Source: Guillardia theta CCMP2712
Taxonomy: Eukaryota; Protista; Cryptophyta
Reading direction: 5' to 3'
DNA: 64,000 nucleotides
NCBI RefSeq assembly: GCF_000315625.1
Contig: NW_005434630.1
Coordinates: 508,711-572,710, forward strand
Part shown: piece after piece, positions 26,401 through 39,138 of the stretch
How positions within the stretch are numbered: position 1 is the stretch's first letter
Layout of the letters: each line of letters starts with the position of its first letter
The notes under the pieces: generated by a model
Databases searched by the model: none
What the model was told of the DNA's origin: nothing
The model's input: only the letters and a program-made list of their open reading frames with translations
Program-made: the position numbers and the translations under genes

Positions 26401-26425
26401 CGTGACCTCCTTGATCATCTGTCAT
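17350..26425 (-). CDS. Large neurobeachin/Lvs-like ARM-repeat protein with concanavalin-A-like domain; no PH-BEACH-WD40 module seen
   Basis: PPAFFNLDG...LPKPSSGYSVAFWVR and WHLVVFSQ...LYLDGSFV match the ConA-like domain of NBEA/LRBA; extensive helical repeats (NQREFRAIQGY, GGFQLGFCLL); start 26279 or 26425. Confidence 0.7.
20325..20445. repeat. (GAT)n microsatellite, intronic
   Basis: Directly visible. Confidence 0.95.
23204..23290. repeat. (GAGGAA)n microsatellite, intronic
   Basis: Directly visible. Confidence 0.95.
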
Positions 26426-27275
26426 CCTCCTCCCTCCTCCTCCCTCCTCCTCCTTCCTCCTGGCCCGTCGTCATGGCGCCATTTTGGCACTGCATGGCAA
26501 GCTTGACTTCTTTTTATGGCTGCTATTACCCCACCCACCCCTTGAGCACGTTTGACTATCTAAATTACTTCCAGTACCCCCTATTATCACATTCTAATGA
26601 CCCCTACATGGTACTACCCCATCACCTACACTATCACTGAGCTCCTACAGCACAACCCCCCATTATTACCTCCTGCTTTACCCCATCCTCACCACCCGTA
26701 CCCCCTCATTTCCCCATTTTCCCCCTACCCCTGGTCTTCCAAAAGCCTTACATGTTCTGTGACCCCACCCCCCCTCACCGAGTCTGTTGCCCTCTTCCCC
26801 ACTATGTCCCGATTTCCACTGCACCCTCCCAGGTTATGAGCCGCAAATGAGCTGTATGAGGGTTCAGGGTTTTGATGCCCCCCCCTACCCACCCCCTCCT
26901 ATGGCCCTCGCAGGGGTCAATTGAGTTCCGAAATAGATAATATTATGAGGGCTCACTGCCTCGGAGGACCCCTACCCCCCACCACCCTTCGCAGTACCCC
27001 CAAATACACTCGGATGCACCCCTATTACAACCAGGACCCTCACCCCCCCTTAGACCTATGTAACTGCCCCTACAATGGTTCCGAATGTGTACGACCACCC
27101 GCGATCCCATTCTCCACCCTACCCCCCCAAGAATTGATTCACTCTTACCACCCCACCACTCACATAACTAGATCATACCCCTCATTTTGTGGTCCATATC
27201 TTCAATAACTCTACCCCCCACCCCCTCTTTTTACCCCACCCTCTGCCTCAGAACATTGTTGGTGGACTTGACCCC

Positions 27276-28523
27276 ATGCAGACGCCAGCGCGGGGTCCCC
27301 GAGAAGAAGGGACGAGCATGGCGCGAAGCCCGAACTCCTCCTCCTCTACCACGTTCTCTCCCTCCGCTTCATCCATCTCCTCCTCACATCTCGGTTCCTC
27401 TCGTAAAGTCCCATCTGCCCTCTCCCTGTCTCCTTGCAGCAACAAACCATTGGGTCCGTCTCCCCGGCAGGACAACAAGGTGGTTCTGACCTGTATCGAC
27501 GTCGCAGATGCAGTAGCCTCTAGCAGAGGAAGGAAGCTAGAGGAAGTTTTCCACCCCTCTCCGAACAGAAGAGAGCAGATCGTGCCCAAAGACGACGCGC
27601 AGCGGATACAAGCAAACATGGATGGCGTTCCAGACGACGTCAACATCCTGCGGCTGCAGCTAGAGCTGCAGATGAAGCGGCTATCATCGATAGAGGAGGA
27701 GATGAAGCAGCGGTACGAGAGGCTGCGCGATGAGGCCGTGCAGCATGGTATGAAGATGCTTGACGAGGAGAAAGCAAGAAGCAACGAGATGCATGCCTTG
27801 CTGCAAGTTAAGATCGAGTCCCTCGAGGAGGAGCTGCAGAGGACGCGAAGAAAGCTGGGGAAGAAGGTCAGACATTTTTGTTTCACCCGCGCCTCATGTC
27901 TGACGATCCTGCAGTGTTCGGAATATGAGGAGCTGTTGGCCATGGCGAATGAGTTGGCAGTGGAGCAGGAGGGAGTTCCGGTTGAGCACGGGAAGAAGAC
28001 AAGGATTCACGACCAATGCGTGCAGACAAGCGACTTGTCAGACCACACGACCATCTCAGCGGATAGCCTCAGTGTGGACGATGACCATTTCCCCCACCAC
28101 GTCACGGTACATGCCTCCCGGCATTGCTGCAAGTTTCTCATCGCATGCCTCTAGGATGAAGTGCAGACAAGGGACGGGTCAGTAGCGTCAAACGACGAGC
28201 TCTCCAAGGAGAAGTCTCAAGAGCCGATTACCAAGGATCGAGTCTGTTGGTACCTGGTGACTCCGACTGCTTGCATTTGCCGACAAGTTTTGACTTCGTT
28301 CACAGGACGCGTCCCATCGCAACGTAGCCGAGATGCTGACCCCTCGAGGCTCCCGCTTTTGCTCGGTACTCGACGGGTCGGATTCCAGCAAAGAAACGCT
28401 GTGGAAGTCGTTGTCGAGTGCTTTCAAGTGGAATTGATGAGAAGTGTCGGAGGCAAGTGTAGTCAATTAAAGGTTATCTCCAGTCGTACGCGCATATGAC
28501 TTGAGCCAACATCTTCCGTATTG
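27276..28523 (+). CDS. Hypothetical protein with Ser-rich N-terminus and coiled coil
   Basis: 321-aa ORF with heptad pattern (LQLELQMKRLSSIEEEMKQRYERLRDE...LEEELQRTRRKL) and downstream short introns; end approximate. Confidence 0.55.
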
Positions 28524-28649
28524 AGGAGGGGGGGGGGGGTCAGGGAGTGATGAGAGGGGGTCAGGGAGGAGAGGGAGGAGAGGAAGGAGAGAGAGGGAGT
28601 GAGTGAGTTGACGAGAAACCAAATTTACAGCTTGAATTGAGTTTCTCTG

Positions 28650-30405
28650 CCACTATCAACTATTGACGGCAGAAGCTAGTAGTTGCGACGTCGGCTTCCT
28701 AGTCGGGAGAGGTCGAAACGGCGCCTGCAGAATCTCCTAGTCAGACAAGTGATGAGAGGAGGAAGAGAAGTTCGAAGCAGCTATCAAGGAGAGGCTGGAG
28801 GGATAAGGCAGTGACGGGGGCATCGGTCCACCTGAGTCGTACTGCCTCCATGTTGTTGTTGTCCATTTCCATGACTTAAAATCGAGCCAACCAATCCGCT
28901 GGATCTGCTTCCGTTGCTTCCGTTGGCGGCAGCAGCCGGTGGCTCTTGTGATGCACCGTTGGCATACCTGCAGCGAGCATGTAAGAGGGAGCAGTCGGTC
29001 TCAGGATGATCCTACGGGAAGGGAACCATCTTGAAGGGGCTTGCTTCCTGTGGCTTTTCAGAGCCTTGCAATGATGTATGGTGACCTGGAGCTAGTCCCT
29101 TCAGCTCCTGCAGGCATCATAACAAGGTTCAACACCTGCTGATGACGTCTCTTGAGGCCTGTTGATGTTCAACATCGCGAGTAATTGCGAACCTGTCCCT
29201 GACGTCAGCTAACGGGTGTCACCTTTCTCCTCCCCATGCACCCGCATCGTCTCTCTGGGGCAGTTGGTACACTCCATGCGCAGGGGCCTGACCGTGAGAC
29301 AGCAGTTTCCTCTCCAGTTCTTCGACCGAAGTCACTCCAGCCGTCTCGTTCCCCCCCCTAGGAGCCCCTGGCGTTGCAAGAATGGAGTCTCCGGCAAACC
29401 TAAAAGGCTCCATGGGCTTGTCGGAGAGGATCCCCGCCGAGCTCTTGTGCATCAGTCGCTCGCCTGCATCTGCCTGCATGTGCACAGGAGCATCCAGCTT
29501 GAGGGGTGGAGGAACCTGCGTTTGATCGTTCCTGGCCCCAGGAGGAGTGCTGAGGATGGAAGGGTAGGGCCGCACGTCCCTCACGGGGATCTCGTAGACC
29601 CCCTCATGCTCATACCCATCGAAGAGGATCGCGCAGTAGTCCATCCCGTACTGGTGTACCGTCCCGTCGTACCACTGGCCGTCCAGGAACAGAGCGTTGA
29701 CGCGCGTTCCGGGGACGATGGCGCTGCTGGCACCGGAGCTGTGGTGGGATGGAGCTTCTTGGAAGGAGCTGGTGATGATGGCTGGGTCGGAGAAGACTGG
29801 GTTCATGCCTGGCCTCGCTGCGATCTTGGGCAACGGGAGGCTGCTCGGAGGCGGTGAGTTGAGGAAGGCACCTCCGGCAAACTTCCCGTTGTGTGAGGTT
29901 TGAGAATTCTTGTTGGATGCAGGCGGAGCGTTCGCCTTGTGCTGCACAGCAAACGGACGGACAGCCGTTGCCTTGTTGGCAGCAGCTGCCACCTGGTTAT
30001 TTACAAGCGCGACGTTGGTGGTCGCCTTCGCCCCCTTCTTCTTCCCTTTCCCCTGGTTCGGCACCAATCGCAAATCCTGATTGACGACCGGAGTCCCGTC
30101 CTGCAGGAAGGAGCGCAGTGTCAGAAGTTCATGTACAGGATGACTTCATCTTCTACAGGGAGGTCGGGACGAGGAGGAAGAGCAGGCGGGGAGGGGCGCG
30201 TGCAATACAGACAGGAGGGAACAGTCAGCGGCAGGAAGGGGCGGGAGATAGGAGGAGAAAGGAGGAGGAGGAGGAGGAGGAGGAGGAGGAGCTGAGCGGT
30301 TACCTCTCCTTGGATGAAGTAAGGAACCAGCGGCCTCTCATTGTTTCTCCCCAGCCTGTCTCCTCCTCGATCCCCATCGAACCCGCCGCCTCCCGCAGTC
30401 GCCAT
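28650..30405 (-). CDS. Protein with PNRC/Edc1-type decapping-activator motif and SMN-type Tudor domain
   Basis: KFAGGAFLNSPPPSSLPLPKI; GTRVNALFLDGQWYDGTV...AILFDGYE; 3' end approximate. Confidence 0.65.
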
Positions 30406-30614
30406 GCTCCCCGAACGTCTGATGACCCCACCCCTTGTTTAACCCCCAAACATTCGAGCAATCACCCCTCCACGAGAATGACTACCCCTACTTTCTACCG
30501 GTACGACAAGTATATCTAGCGGGGATTTGGACTCGTTTATGACCCACCCTGACAAGTTCATCAGCAGGTGGACCCCCACCCCCTGGAGATCATATTCAAT
30601 GTGCCTCCCAGAAA

Positions 30615-31040
30615 ATGGCAGGCGGAGTTGAAGCCGCTGCTTCCTCCTCCTGCTCAGGGACAGTCGTGGATACCCGCCGGCGAGCGCGAGGAGGAAGCGC
30701 TCAAGGTGGAGTGAGCCAGCTCACGAGGAAGCTTCACAACGATCTTCTTGACAGCTTTCATGGTGGCATGTGCGGATCTAACCTTGCTCTTGGACTTTGC
30801 ATCGCAACGATTTTATCTTCTTGTGATCACAAGCATGCTCGCAGCGGTCAAGTCTCCTTGCAACTCCTCTCAACCTGGTTTGCTCTCCTCTATCCTCTCG
30901 CTGACCTTCTTCGTACTCTCTGACCCTACAGCTCTCCACTCTCGCACGTTCACCAGGCAGGACAAGAGGAGGAGCTCTTCCCTCCCTCGTCGCAACATGA
31001 GCGAGGGTGGGAGGAGGAGGCGAGGGCCTCAAGTGGGCCC
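30615..31040 (+). CDS. Possible small hypothetical protein
   Basis: ATG downstream of an ACCCC-rich intergenic block and plausible GT-AG introns; no homology recognised. Confidence 0.25.
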
Positions 31041-31051
31041 TCACCTCCTCC

Positions 31052-32109
31052 TCACTTGAGGACGGGCAGTACTCCGGGGATCTTCCTCACGTCCACCACT
31101 GACATCCCTGCGCTCAGCGCTGCCTCCACTCCAGCATCCGCGTCCTCGTACACCCTGGCGCCTCCCGTCAGCCCTCACCGCCCCCACCTCCTCCCTTCAA
31201 CCTACCGGCACTTGTCGGGGGGGATCCCCAGGCTCCTGGCAGCTGTCAGGAACGGGTCAGGATGCGGCTTGTGCCTCTCAACGTCCTCCGCGCAGATGAG
31301 GACGGCGAAGAGAGTCTCGAGCTTGCACTGGCTCAGGAACTTGGCGACCATCTTCCGAGGCCCTGCGGCGCCAGGGTCAGGCACGGGGAGAGGGGAGGAG
31401 GAGAGGGCGGGGGGAGAGGGGAGGAGGAGAGGGGTGCGGGAGAGGGCAGGGGGAGAGGGCAGGGGGAGTGGGCGGGGGGAGGAGGAGGGACAGTAAGGTC
31501 ACCGCTACTGACGACCGCCATTGGGATTCTGCCATGGTTTGCTCGGGCAATGTCACAGACGGGTTTGATCTCCCTGACTAGCGGGATCATCTCAGAAGCA
31601 AGGTCGTCCTTCTTCCTGTAGAACGCGTCCGGGTCGACATCCACCGCCTGCTCCTTGCAGAGAATCTTGAAGGTCTCCTCAACTGTCTTGCCCGCGTGCG
31701 AGTAGAACTCTTCTTCTGTCAGCTTCATCCCAAAGTGCTCGCACGTCTTGATCCAGTTCTGCATGCGACGTCAGCCGCAGAGATGCAGGAGTGGAGAAGA
31801 AGCCGCTCTTACCTCACACCACATGGGCATGGAGTCGACCAGAGTGCCATCGCAGTCGAAGATGAGGGCTTCCACGCCGCTCAAGTCCTCTATGTTGTCT
31901 ATCTTCATCGCGGGAAGGCCCTTCCTTGCTACGGTCGTGGACAGCGGCGAACGTCGGCGTACGACAGCAGCGGATGGGAAGGATGGGAATGAAGGCTGGA
32001 AGGCAAGGAACGAAGCTTGGTACAAAGAGGAGGGGGAGGGGAGGAGGGAGGAGGAGGGAGGGAGGAGGAGGGAGCAAACTACGAGGATCAGGTGCAGCGG
32101 CTTCTTCAT
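31052..32109 (-). CDS. HAD-family phosphatase (beta-PGM/YqaB/CbbY-like), probably plastid-targeted
   Basis: Motif I IFDCDGTLVDS, motif II VVSSG, KPHPDPF, motif IV YEDADAGVEAA; leader with signal peptide and LAFQPS. Confidence 0.88.
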
Positions 32110-32288
32110 CCCGCCATAGCAGGCGATGCCGTCGGGATGGGGAATAGGGTGGGTACTCTTGATACCAGGGGTAGTGTATTCTGTATTGAGTTTTCAGGTA
32201 CCACATACGAGGGGTGGTGGTTAGAGGTGGGTGCAAAGAATGGGGGTCGGGGTGGGGTGGGGTGGTTGGTGTGGTAGATTTTGAAGCG

Positions 32289-35099
32289 ATGGTGGGACCC
32301 AACGAGGAGGCAGGGAAGATGCTCAAGGAGGCGGCGAAGAAGGCGAGAAGCGAAGGCATGGCGAAGGCTCTCCTCAAGGCCGCCAGAAATGTGAGCGCAT
32401 GTCCCCTCCCCATCAGGAGCAAGCACGAGGCCATGGCGATCAAAGGGGTGGGTGAGAAGATCGCTGGTATGATTATGAGGATGATCGAGGGGAGGGGAGC
32501 AGGTCAGGCAGACGAGGTGGATCATGATGCAGCTCAGCCTCGAGATGTTGCTGGAGCTCTGACAGGCGAGAGCGCCTCCATGCTTGAGACCGACCGACAT
32601 CGCGAGGGGGAGCAAGGAAAGAAAAAGCGGAGGCGGGAAAACAAAAATGCGAGCAACGAGGCGGAGGACGAGACGTCAGAACCTGCTCATCGACCAGACC
32701 GACAGTACCAGCCGAAGACAAGGAGCGGAGCATACGCTCTCCTGATAGGTCTGTATAGGATGGAGAAGGTGCTCTCAGTGAAGCTCCTTTGCGGAGGGAG
32801 GGGCTGAACTGCGAGCAGGGGATAGGAACGGGAGTGTGCGTACGACCTGATCGAGAGACTCTCGCGAAGTTCTCGCAGCAGGTAAGAGGATGGAAGACGT
32901 TGTGATCATGTGCTGAAGCTGCTGCAGTGGGCAGATGAGAGGATTCTGTGCGATAGAGCGCATTATTGTGGATGGGACTCCATGAACAGGACCCTGGTGT
33001 GCTGTCGGTTGTCGTGGCGGAGGTTGTTGATGCTGCTCAGGTTCCCAAGGGTCTTGTCCAGGCATACAGGAATGGTCCCCGCAAAGTCTTTGAGCTGTCT
33101 CAAGAGGGGAGGGCGCTGGCGGAGGCGTTGAACGTCAGAGTATTGGAGTCAGAAACAGGAGAAGCAGGGGGAGGATCAGGAAGCGAGGTGAAGGGAATTC
33201 TACTCGTTGCTTCTCTGACTGTCTCGGGCAGTCTGTAGCGACAACAAGCTCGATCGGGGACAGGAGGCCAGGAGATCGCAACGTCGGGAGGTGATGACAT
33301 GTCAGGTCGAGGTAGCGGAATGATCCTGTTGATGACAGTCACGAGCCTTCTGACTTGCGGGCCTGTGAGCTCGTCGGAGAGTCAGCGGTGAGATAGTAAG
33401 TCCAGCTACAGCCGAGCTGATCTCCTCGCGTCAGGCTGGCTCGCGTCGCCTGCCCGATGGGTCGAAGCTGGAGGTTCTGCTGCTGGTGGACAACAACGAG
33501 CCCCCTGAGGTTCTTCACTTCGTGGAGGCGAAGCACATCAGGTCAAGTCGCCTCCTCCTGCTCCCAGTGCGTGATCTGATCCGATAGGTACAAGAGGACG
33601 CAGCTCATGATCGGAGACTTCATGTGGGTTGCCGTCCCGCAGGTTGGACGCTGGAAGAGGAGGAGGCGGTGGTGGTGGCGGCTGCTGAAGAGGAGGTGGT
33701 GGCTGAAGAGAAGGAGGCTGAGAAGGGTCTACAGGGTCAAGAAGTCGCATCTGTGAAGCTTGAGGATGCTGTGAGCTTCTGGTCGTCCACATCCTCCCCT
33801 GGCGACTCACTCGCTCCCCCAGATTGTCCTGGACTTCATCATCGAGCGCAAGAGCGTCAGCGACCTGCACAGCAGCGTCATCTCCAAGCGATACGAGTCG
33901 CAGAAGTACAGGCTGCAGCGATCGGGTGAGGAGGGAGGAGGAGGGAAGAGGGACGAGTGAAGGCTTGTGCTCCACAGGCTTCAGCAGGATCGTCTACCTG
34001 CTTGAAAACTCAGTGGACGGAATGAGGCAGTCCGGGTACCACGGTTAAGAGAAGCGAGCGGACAAGGTGCTGTGCTGAACGAGTTAGCAGATGTGACGGA
34101 GGAGGTGGAGAAGCGAATACGAAGCTCGACTGTTGACATTCAGATTCACAGTCAGTTCTTCCTGCACCAGACTGGCAACTGGAAGGTCAGAGATCGACCT
34201 AATCTCCATATCACTCCCTTCTCCCTCCTCTCCCTCCTCCTCTCCCTCCTCCTCTACTGTCGCTTCCGCCATTTGCCCACGTTGCTCTTCTCCGATGACT
34301 CACGTTCCTTCCAGGAGACTGTCGATCTGCTGCACCTTATGACGCAAAAGATATCTTTGATGCTGAGAAACCAAGGCCTCTCCTCTGACGTTGCCATGCT
34401 CATTGAGCATGACCTCGTCACCTTCAAGGCTTTCTCGGTACCTCAACACTCATCCTCTTCCCCCCGTGTCATCCCCACCCTCTGCTCCTCCTCCTCCTCT
34501 CTTCCGGAACCTCTTCTCTTCTCCCTTCCCTGCTTCTGCTCCTCCCCCTTGTTGTTCTCAATCTGTAAACTCTGTCTGCTGTTACGGCTCCTCCTAAAAG
34601 TTCGACTGGCAGGACCGCATGAAGAACTTGTCCTCTCGCACTTTCTCGGAACTTCTGCAGATCCAGGTGAGGAAGGAGGAGACTAGGAGTAGGAGAACTG
34701 CGGTGGGGAAGGGACATGTGTAGAACTACTCGAGCAGTGGGTGTGAGGAGCAGAGAAGACCAAGGGAGGGGAGCAGCAGCAGCAGCAGCAGCAGGTCACA
34801 ACGTCGGTGGTGGTGAGACCGTGGCAGCTGGCTAGCGCTGTTCAAGGCCTCGGCTCCAAGGCGGTCGACACCCTCGTCGAGGAGTTCGCGACGCTCCCGG
34901 CGCTTCTTGACTTCTGCCGCCGCTGCCAGTCGCTGGAAAACTTCAAGAAGATCGTCACGTGGGTGCTGGCCGCCTCCCTCCAGCTGCTGACGAGCTGAGC
35001 AGGCAGAAGTTCCGTGAGAAGAACAATAGGGCGCTGAACCCGAAAGTGATCGAGAGGTTGTGGATGCTTTGCGAAGGGAGGGAGGGCGGACAAGAATAG
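32289..35099 (+). CDS. MUS81: Crossover junction endonuclease MUS81
   Basis: N-terminal HhH (IKGVGEKIA), winged-helix start YQPKTRSGAYALL, ERCC4 nuclease LLVDNNE, GDFMWV, FIIERKSVSDL..S..KRYESQKYRL, C-terminal HhH VQGLGSK. Confidence 0.88.
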
Positions 35100-35420
35100 A
35101 GATAGAGAGAAGGGGGAGAGGAGGAGGAAGACGAGGTTCAAACAAGATGCGGTGGAGCAAGCGGAGTCTGCGAGATAAAACCGAGGGAGAGAGCAGGGAC
35201 GAGAGGCGCAAGGTTGACTTGAGTGATTCATTTAAGCTTGTTGAGAACCATGTCAGGTGGCAGTCCGAGATTGCTTCACTCCCTGTCAGCCTCTGCCTTG
35301 TGCTGCTTACCTGCACAAGTTAATCTCCTCCTCCTCATCTCCATGACGATCCTCATGCTCTCGCCCTCCCTTCCTGAGAGATGGAGGGGTGAGCAGAGAG
35401 CGAGACGACGAGAACCCTAC

Positions 35421-37854
35421 TCAGGCATTCTTCTGCTGCTTCGTCACAATCTCAGCATTCGCATCCCCCATGTCTGGTGTGACTGACACCACAATGTCCT
35501 CCTGGTCGTTCTGGTCGTCCTGGGGCCCATCGCCTCCTCCAGTCGTGTGCTCTTGCGACTCTCGGTCTTCTACCGCCGCATGCACGTTGCTGTAAAGCGT
35601 TGCGATCTTCTCCTCTTTCTCCCCGTGGAGCTCTTTGAGGAGCTCGTAGAACTCGTTGAACGTGAGCGCCTCTGAACCTCCATCCTCTAGCGTCCGCTCG
35701 TCCACCTTGGAGGAGGAGAACTTCTCCAGCTCGTGCGCGATCTCTATCGCCTGCTTGCGCGTGATGCGACCCGAGCCGTCCGCAGCCCTCGAGAAGTGTT
35801 GCTGCAGCTGATCCTTGGTCTTGCCGGCCACCAGGATCGAGTGGATCCCAGGGCCCATGTAGGAGGCGAGGGCGATCTCCCGCGCCAGCCTCCTCCTCAC
35901 GGCCTTCTTCGCTCCTGCCAGCGCCACGCTGGTGGACGGCGAGATGCCCTTTACCTTGACGACGATGTCCTTCATGGTGCGCATGGAGGAGGAGTCGAGC
36001 CGGTTCACTCCCGACAGGTCGAGCACGAGACGCCGCAGCTCCCCCCTCGGCTTGTCCGTCTCAGACACCATGTGGAGCGCGAGCTTGACCTCGTGCAGCA
36101 CGGCGTCGCGGAACCCGTTGCAGTTGGCGAACCACAAGTCCATGTCCTGCCAGCGAGTCAGAGCGAGCGACAAGCACTTACGTCACTCACAAAGCGGATA
36201 ATGAGGATGCCGGGGACTGGAACGGCAGACTCCATGACCTTCATGTCATGGTAGTTGTGCGTGCCGGGCACTTGACCCAGTACGGAATAAGTGGGGCTCG
36301 AAGTCTGAAAAAGGAGCGCGATGATGGAGCAGGCGAAACCGACGGCAAGGCCGAGCTCAGCACCGAGCAGAAGGGTGGCCATGAAGGTGACGCTGAAGGC
36401 AATGAGCTCCTCCCAGGCCTCCAGCTGGTACAGGTGCCACGGCTCGTGGGTGTCGAGGAGTCCAGACACGGCGATGATGACGATGGCACCCAGCACGGGC
36501 TTGGGGAGGTAGTAGAAGAGAGGAGTCAGAGCTCCCAGCACGATCAGCATCAGCAGCCCTGAAATGATGCCAGCCAGCTGCGTCCTCGAACCTGCATTGG
36601 CGTTCACAGCTGAGCGACCGAACCCTCCGGCTGCTGGGTAGCAGCGGAAGAAGCTGCCGACGATGTTTGAGACGCCGAAGGCGACGAGCTCTTGGTCGGG
36701 GTTGATGGCGTAGCCGTTCTTGTTTGCATACGTTAGGCCGACAGCGATGGACTCCATGTACCCCAGCATAGAGCTGATCAGCACAAATGAGAAGAGCGCT
36801 CCCATCCCTGTCGACGGCAACTCAGGTGCCTGCGGGACAGGAACACCAGCCGGGATAGTTCCGCAGATCTTGAAACCTGACTTGTCCAGACGGGCTCCCC
36901 ACGAGATCTGCTCAAACAGAAGCGTCACGAGGCAACAAGGCGAGGACAATGGCCACCAGAATTCCGATGACGACGATGAGCATCGCCGAGGGAACTTTCC
37001 TCAGCCTGGGAACTTTCTTGAACACCATCAAGAACGCCATGACTCCGATGCCCATCAGAACGGACGGCCAGTGAGCCTCACCCAACCGAGCCAGCATGTC
37101 TACAATCACAACAAATGTGTTGTTCGATTCGCTCAGGGAGTATCCCAGCACATGCTTCATCTGGCCCAGCCCTGCAGCAGAGTTACAGGAGCAGCGGGTA
37201 GCCACAGGAATAGTCACCGATGATGATGGCAGCTGCTGAGGTGAAACCGGCGACGACTGGATGCGAGAGGAAAGAGGTCAAGAAGCCAAGCTTAAACAAT
37301 CCCAGCGCGAGCTGAAACAAGCCGGAGAGGAAGGAGGATGCAATAGCTAGCTTGATGAAGGCGGGGTTTGCACTTCCATCCTCTAGCTTTGCTGGAGCGA
37401 TGGAGTTCAGACCATGCGAGACCAGCAGCGAGACGATGGCGACAGGGCCGACGGCGAGCTACAGCACAGCACGAGTGAGCCAAGAGCAAGAAGATGAGGG
37501 AGGAGGGACCTGTCTGGACGTTCCTAGAAGACCGTAGACGATGAGAGGGAAAGAGCCCGTGTAGAGGCCGTAGATAGGAGGAAGGTTGGCAACGAGTGCA
37601 TACGACATGCCTTGAGGAACGAGAAAGAACCCTACCGTGAGACCCGCGAATATGTCCCCCATTAGGTCCTCCCGCCATCCTCCGTTGATGTATTTGGGGA
37701 TCCATACAGTAGAGGGGACGAGGCTGCTGAGCTGGTACTGACTCTTCAAGAAGCTCAGAGCTCTGTGCTTGAACGGCGGTGGTTTGTACTCGTCAAGATA
37801 CTCAGTGCGCAATAGATCGACATTCTGGTCCTCCCGCTTGTCCTCGCGGTCCAT
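35421..37854 (-). CDS. SulP/SLC26 anion (sulfate/bicarbonate) transporter with STAS domain
   Basis: DIFAGLTVGFFLVPQGMSYA..LPPIYGLY, GTSRQ, GFTSAAA, NPDQELVAFG, GFGRSAVN, STAS LWFAN/LVLDLSGVNRLDSS. Confidence 0.92.
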
Positions 37855-39138
37855 GCCGAAGAAGAAGGGTTTGACCGCAAGTGGATGAGGAGCAAGTGAC
37901 GAGTAGAACAAAGAAGGAGATGAAGGTGTAGCTTGATCTGGACTCACAAGGACGAGGAAGCTAGAAGGGGAGGAGAGGAAGGAGGAGAGGGAGAGGGGGA
38001 GAGAGGGAGGAAACAGAATCCTCAAAACAAACTATACAGTCGGTGGGGGGGGGGGGGGGGACGATTGACGGGGGTGGTATCGAAATGATGGGTGGGGGTG
38101 AGATAATGTAGGGTGATGAGTGGTCTTTATTGGTACATATAAATGATAAAAAGGGGGTAGGGTAAAGCTTTTGTTGTGGTTTGTGTTCACAGAGTGATTT
38201 TGTTTTATGGAAGGGTAGGGTACTCGACGACAATTTTTTTTTCGGATAGAGATTTCAATTTTTTGTAAAACTTTTCAAATTTAAAGATTATAATTTCAAT
38301 AAAGCAGCAGATTTGAGAGTTTAGCCGCTAGGTGCACAGCACGACGGTCCTGACATGATAGATAGGGGTAGTAAGATATGAAAGTAGGGGGTAGGGGTAT
38401 CTCCAGTAGTAAAGTCGCAGAGGACAAGTCCCGCCGTTACTCTGTGACTGGATCATGACCGGGTCCTTTGAGTCAATTTATAGGGGTGGTGGTGACATGG
38501 TGGGGGGATGGCGGGTCCTGACGGGACGTGACTGGTCATGTACTATAAATCTCAGTGACAGGACCACTTCCCAACCCCCGGGTGCTCTGACTCCGACGGG
38601 CCCAGGTGGCTGAAGAGGCAGGGGAGCGAAGAGGCGAATGCTGTCGCAGCTCAAGGAGAAGGCGCAGGGAGGAGCCGCCGCAGCCAAGAGCGCGCATGGC
38701 AAGAAGTTCTTCGGGAAGAACGGTAGGACATGTACAAGCTGATGTCCCTTGCTTCTCGCTTGCTGTGGGCTCTTGCTCGGGTAGGATCCTACTCCCTACT
38801 ACACGTGCCCGAGTGGGGAGTAGGAACCTACTCCCTCCTCGCTTAGCACCGCGCTTCCGTTCCTTGGTTCCTCCCATGTGTGAGCTAGAATCCGACTGCA
38901 CGTAGAAGAAGATGTCGCCTTGATGTGCTGCGAAAGATTATGATAACAGTAACAGCCTGCATCGCCTTTGTTTCTTGTCATGCTCCATGGGTAGTGATAG
39001 CTTGCAACTGTTCCGATTGCCGTGTTTGAATGCCTTTGTGATGGTTTGCTGATATTTTCTTATCAGAAGGAGTTTGGACGCTTTGGAACCACTTTTTTTG
39101 AGCGTTTGGTGTTGAAAGCAAAGTGATCTCTGGGGGAC

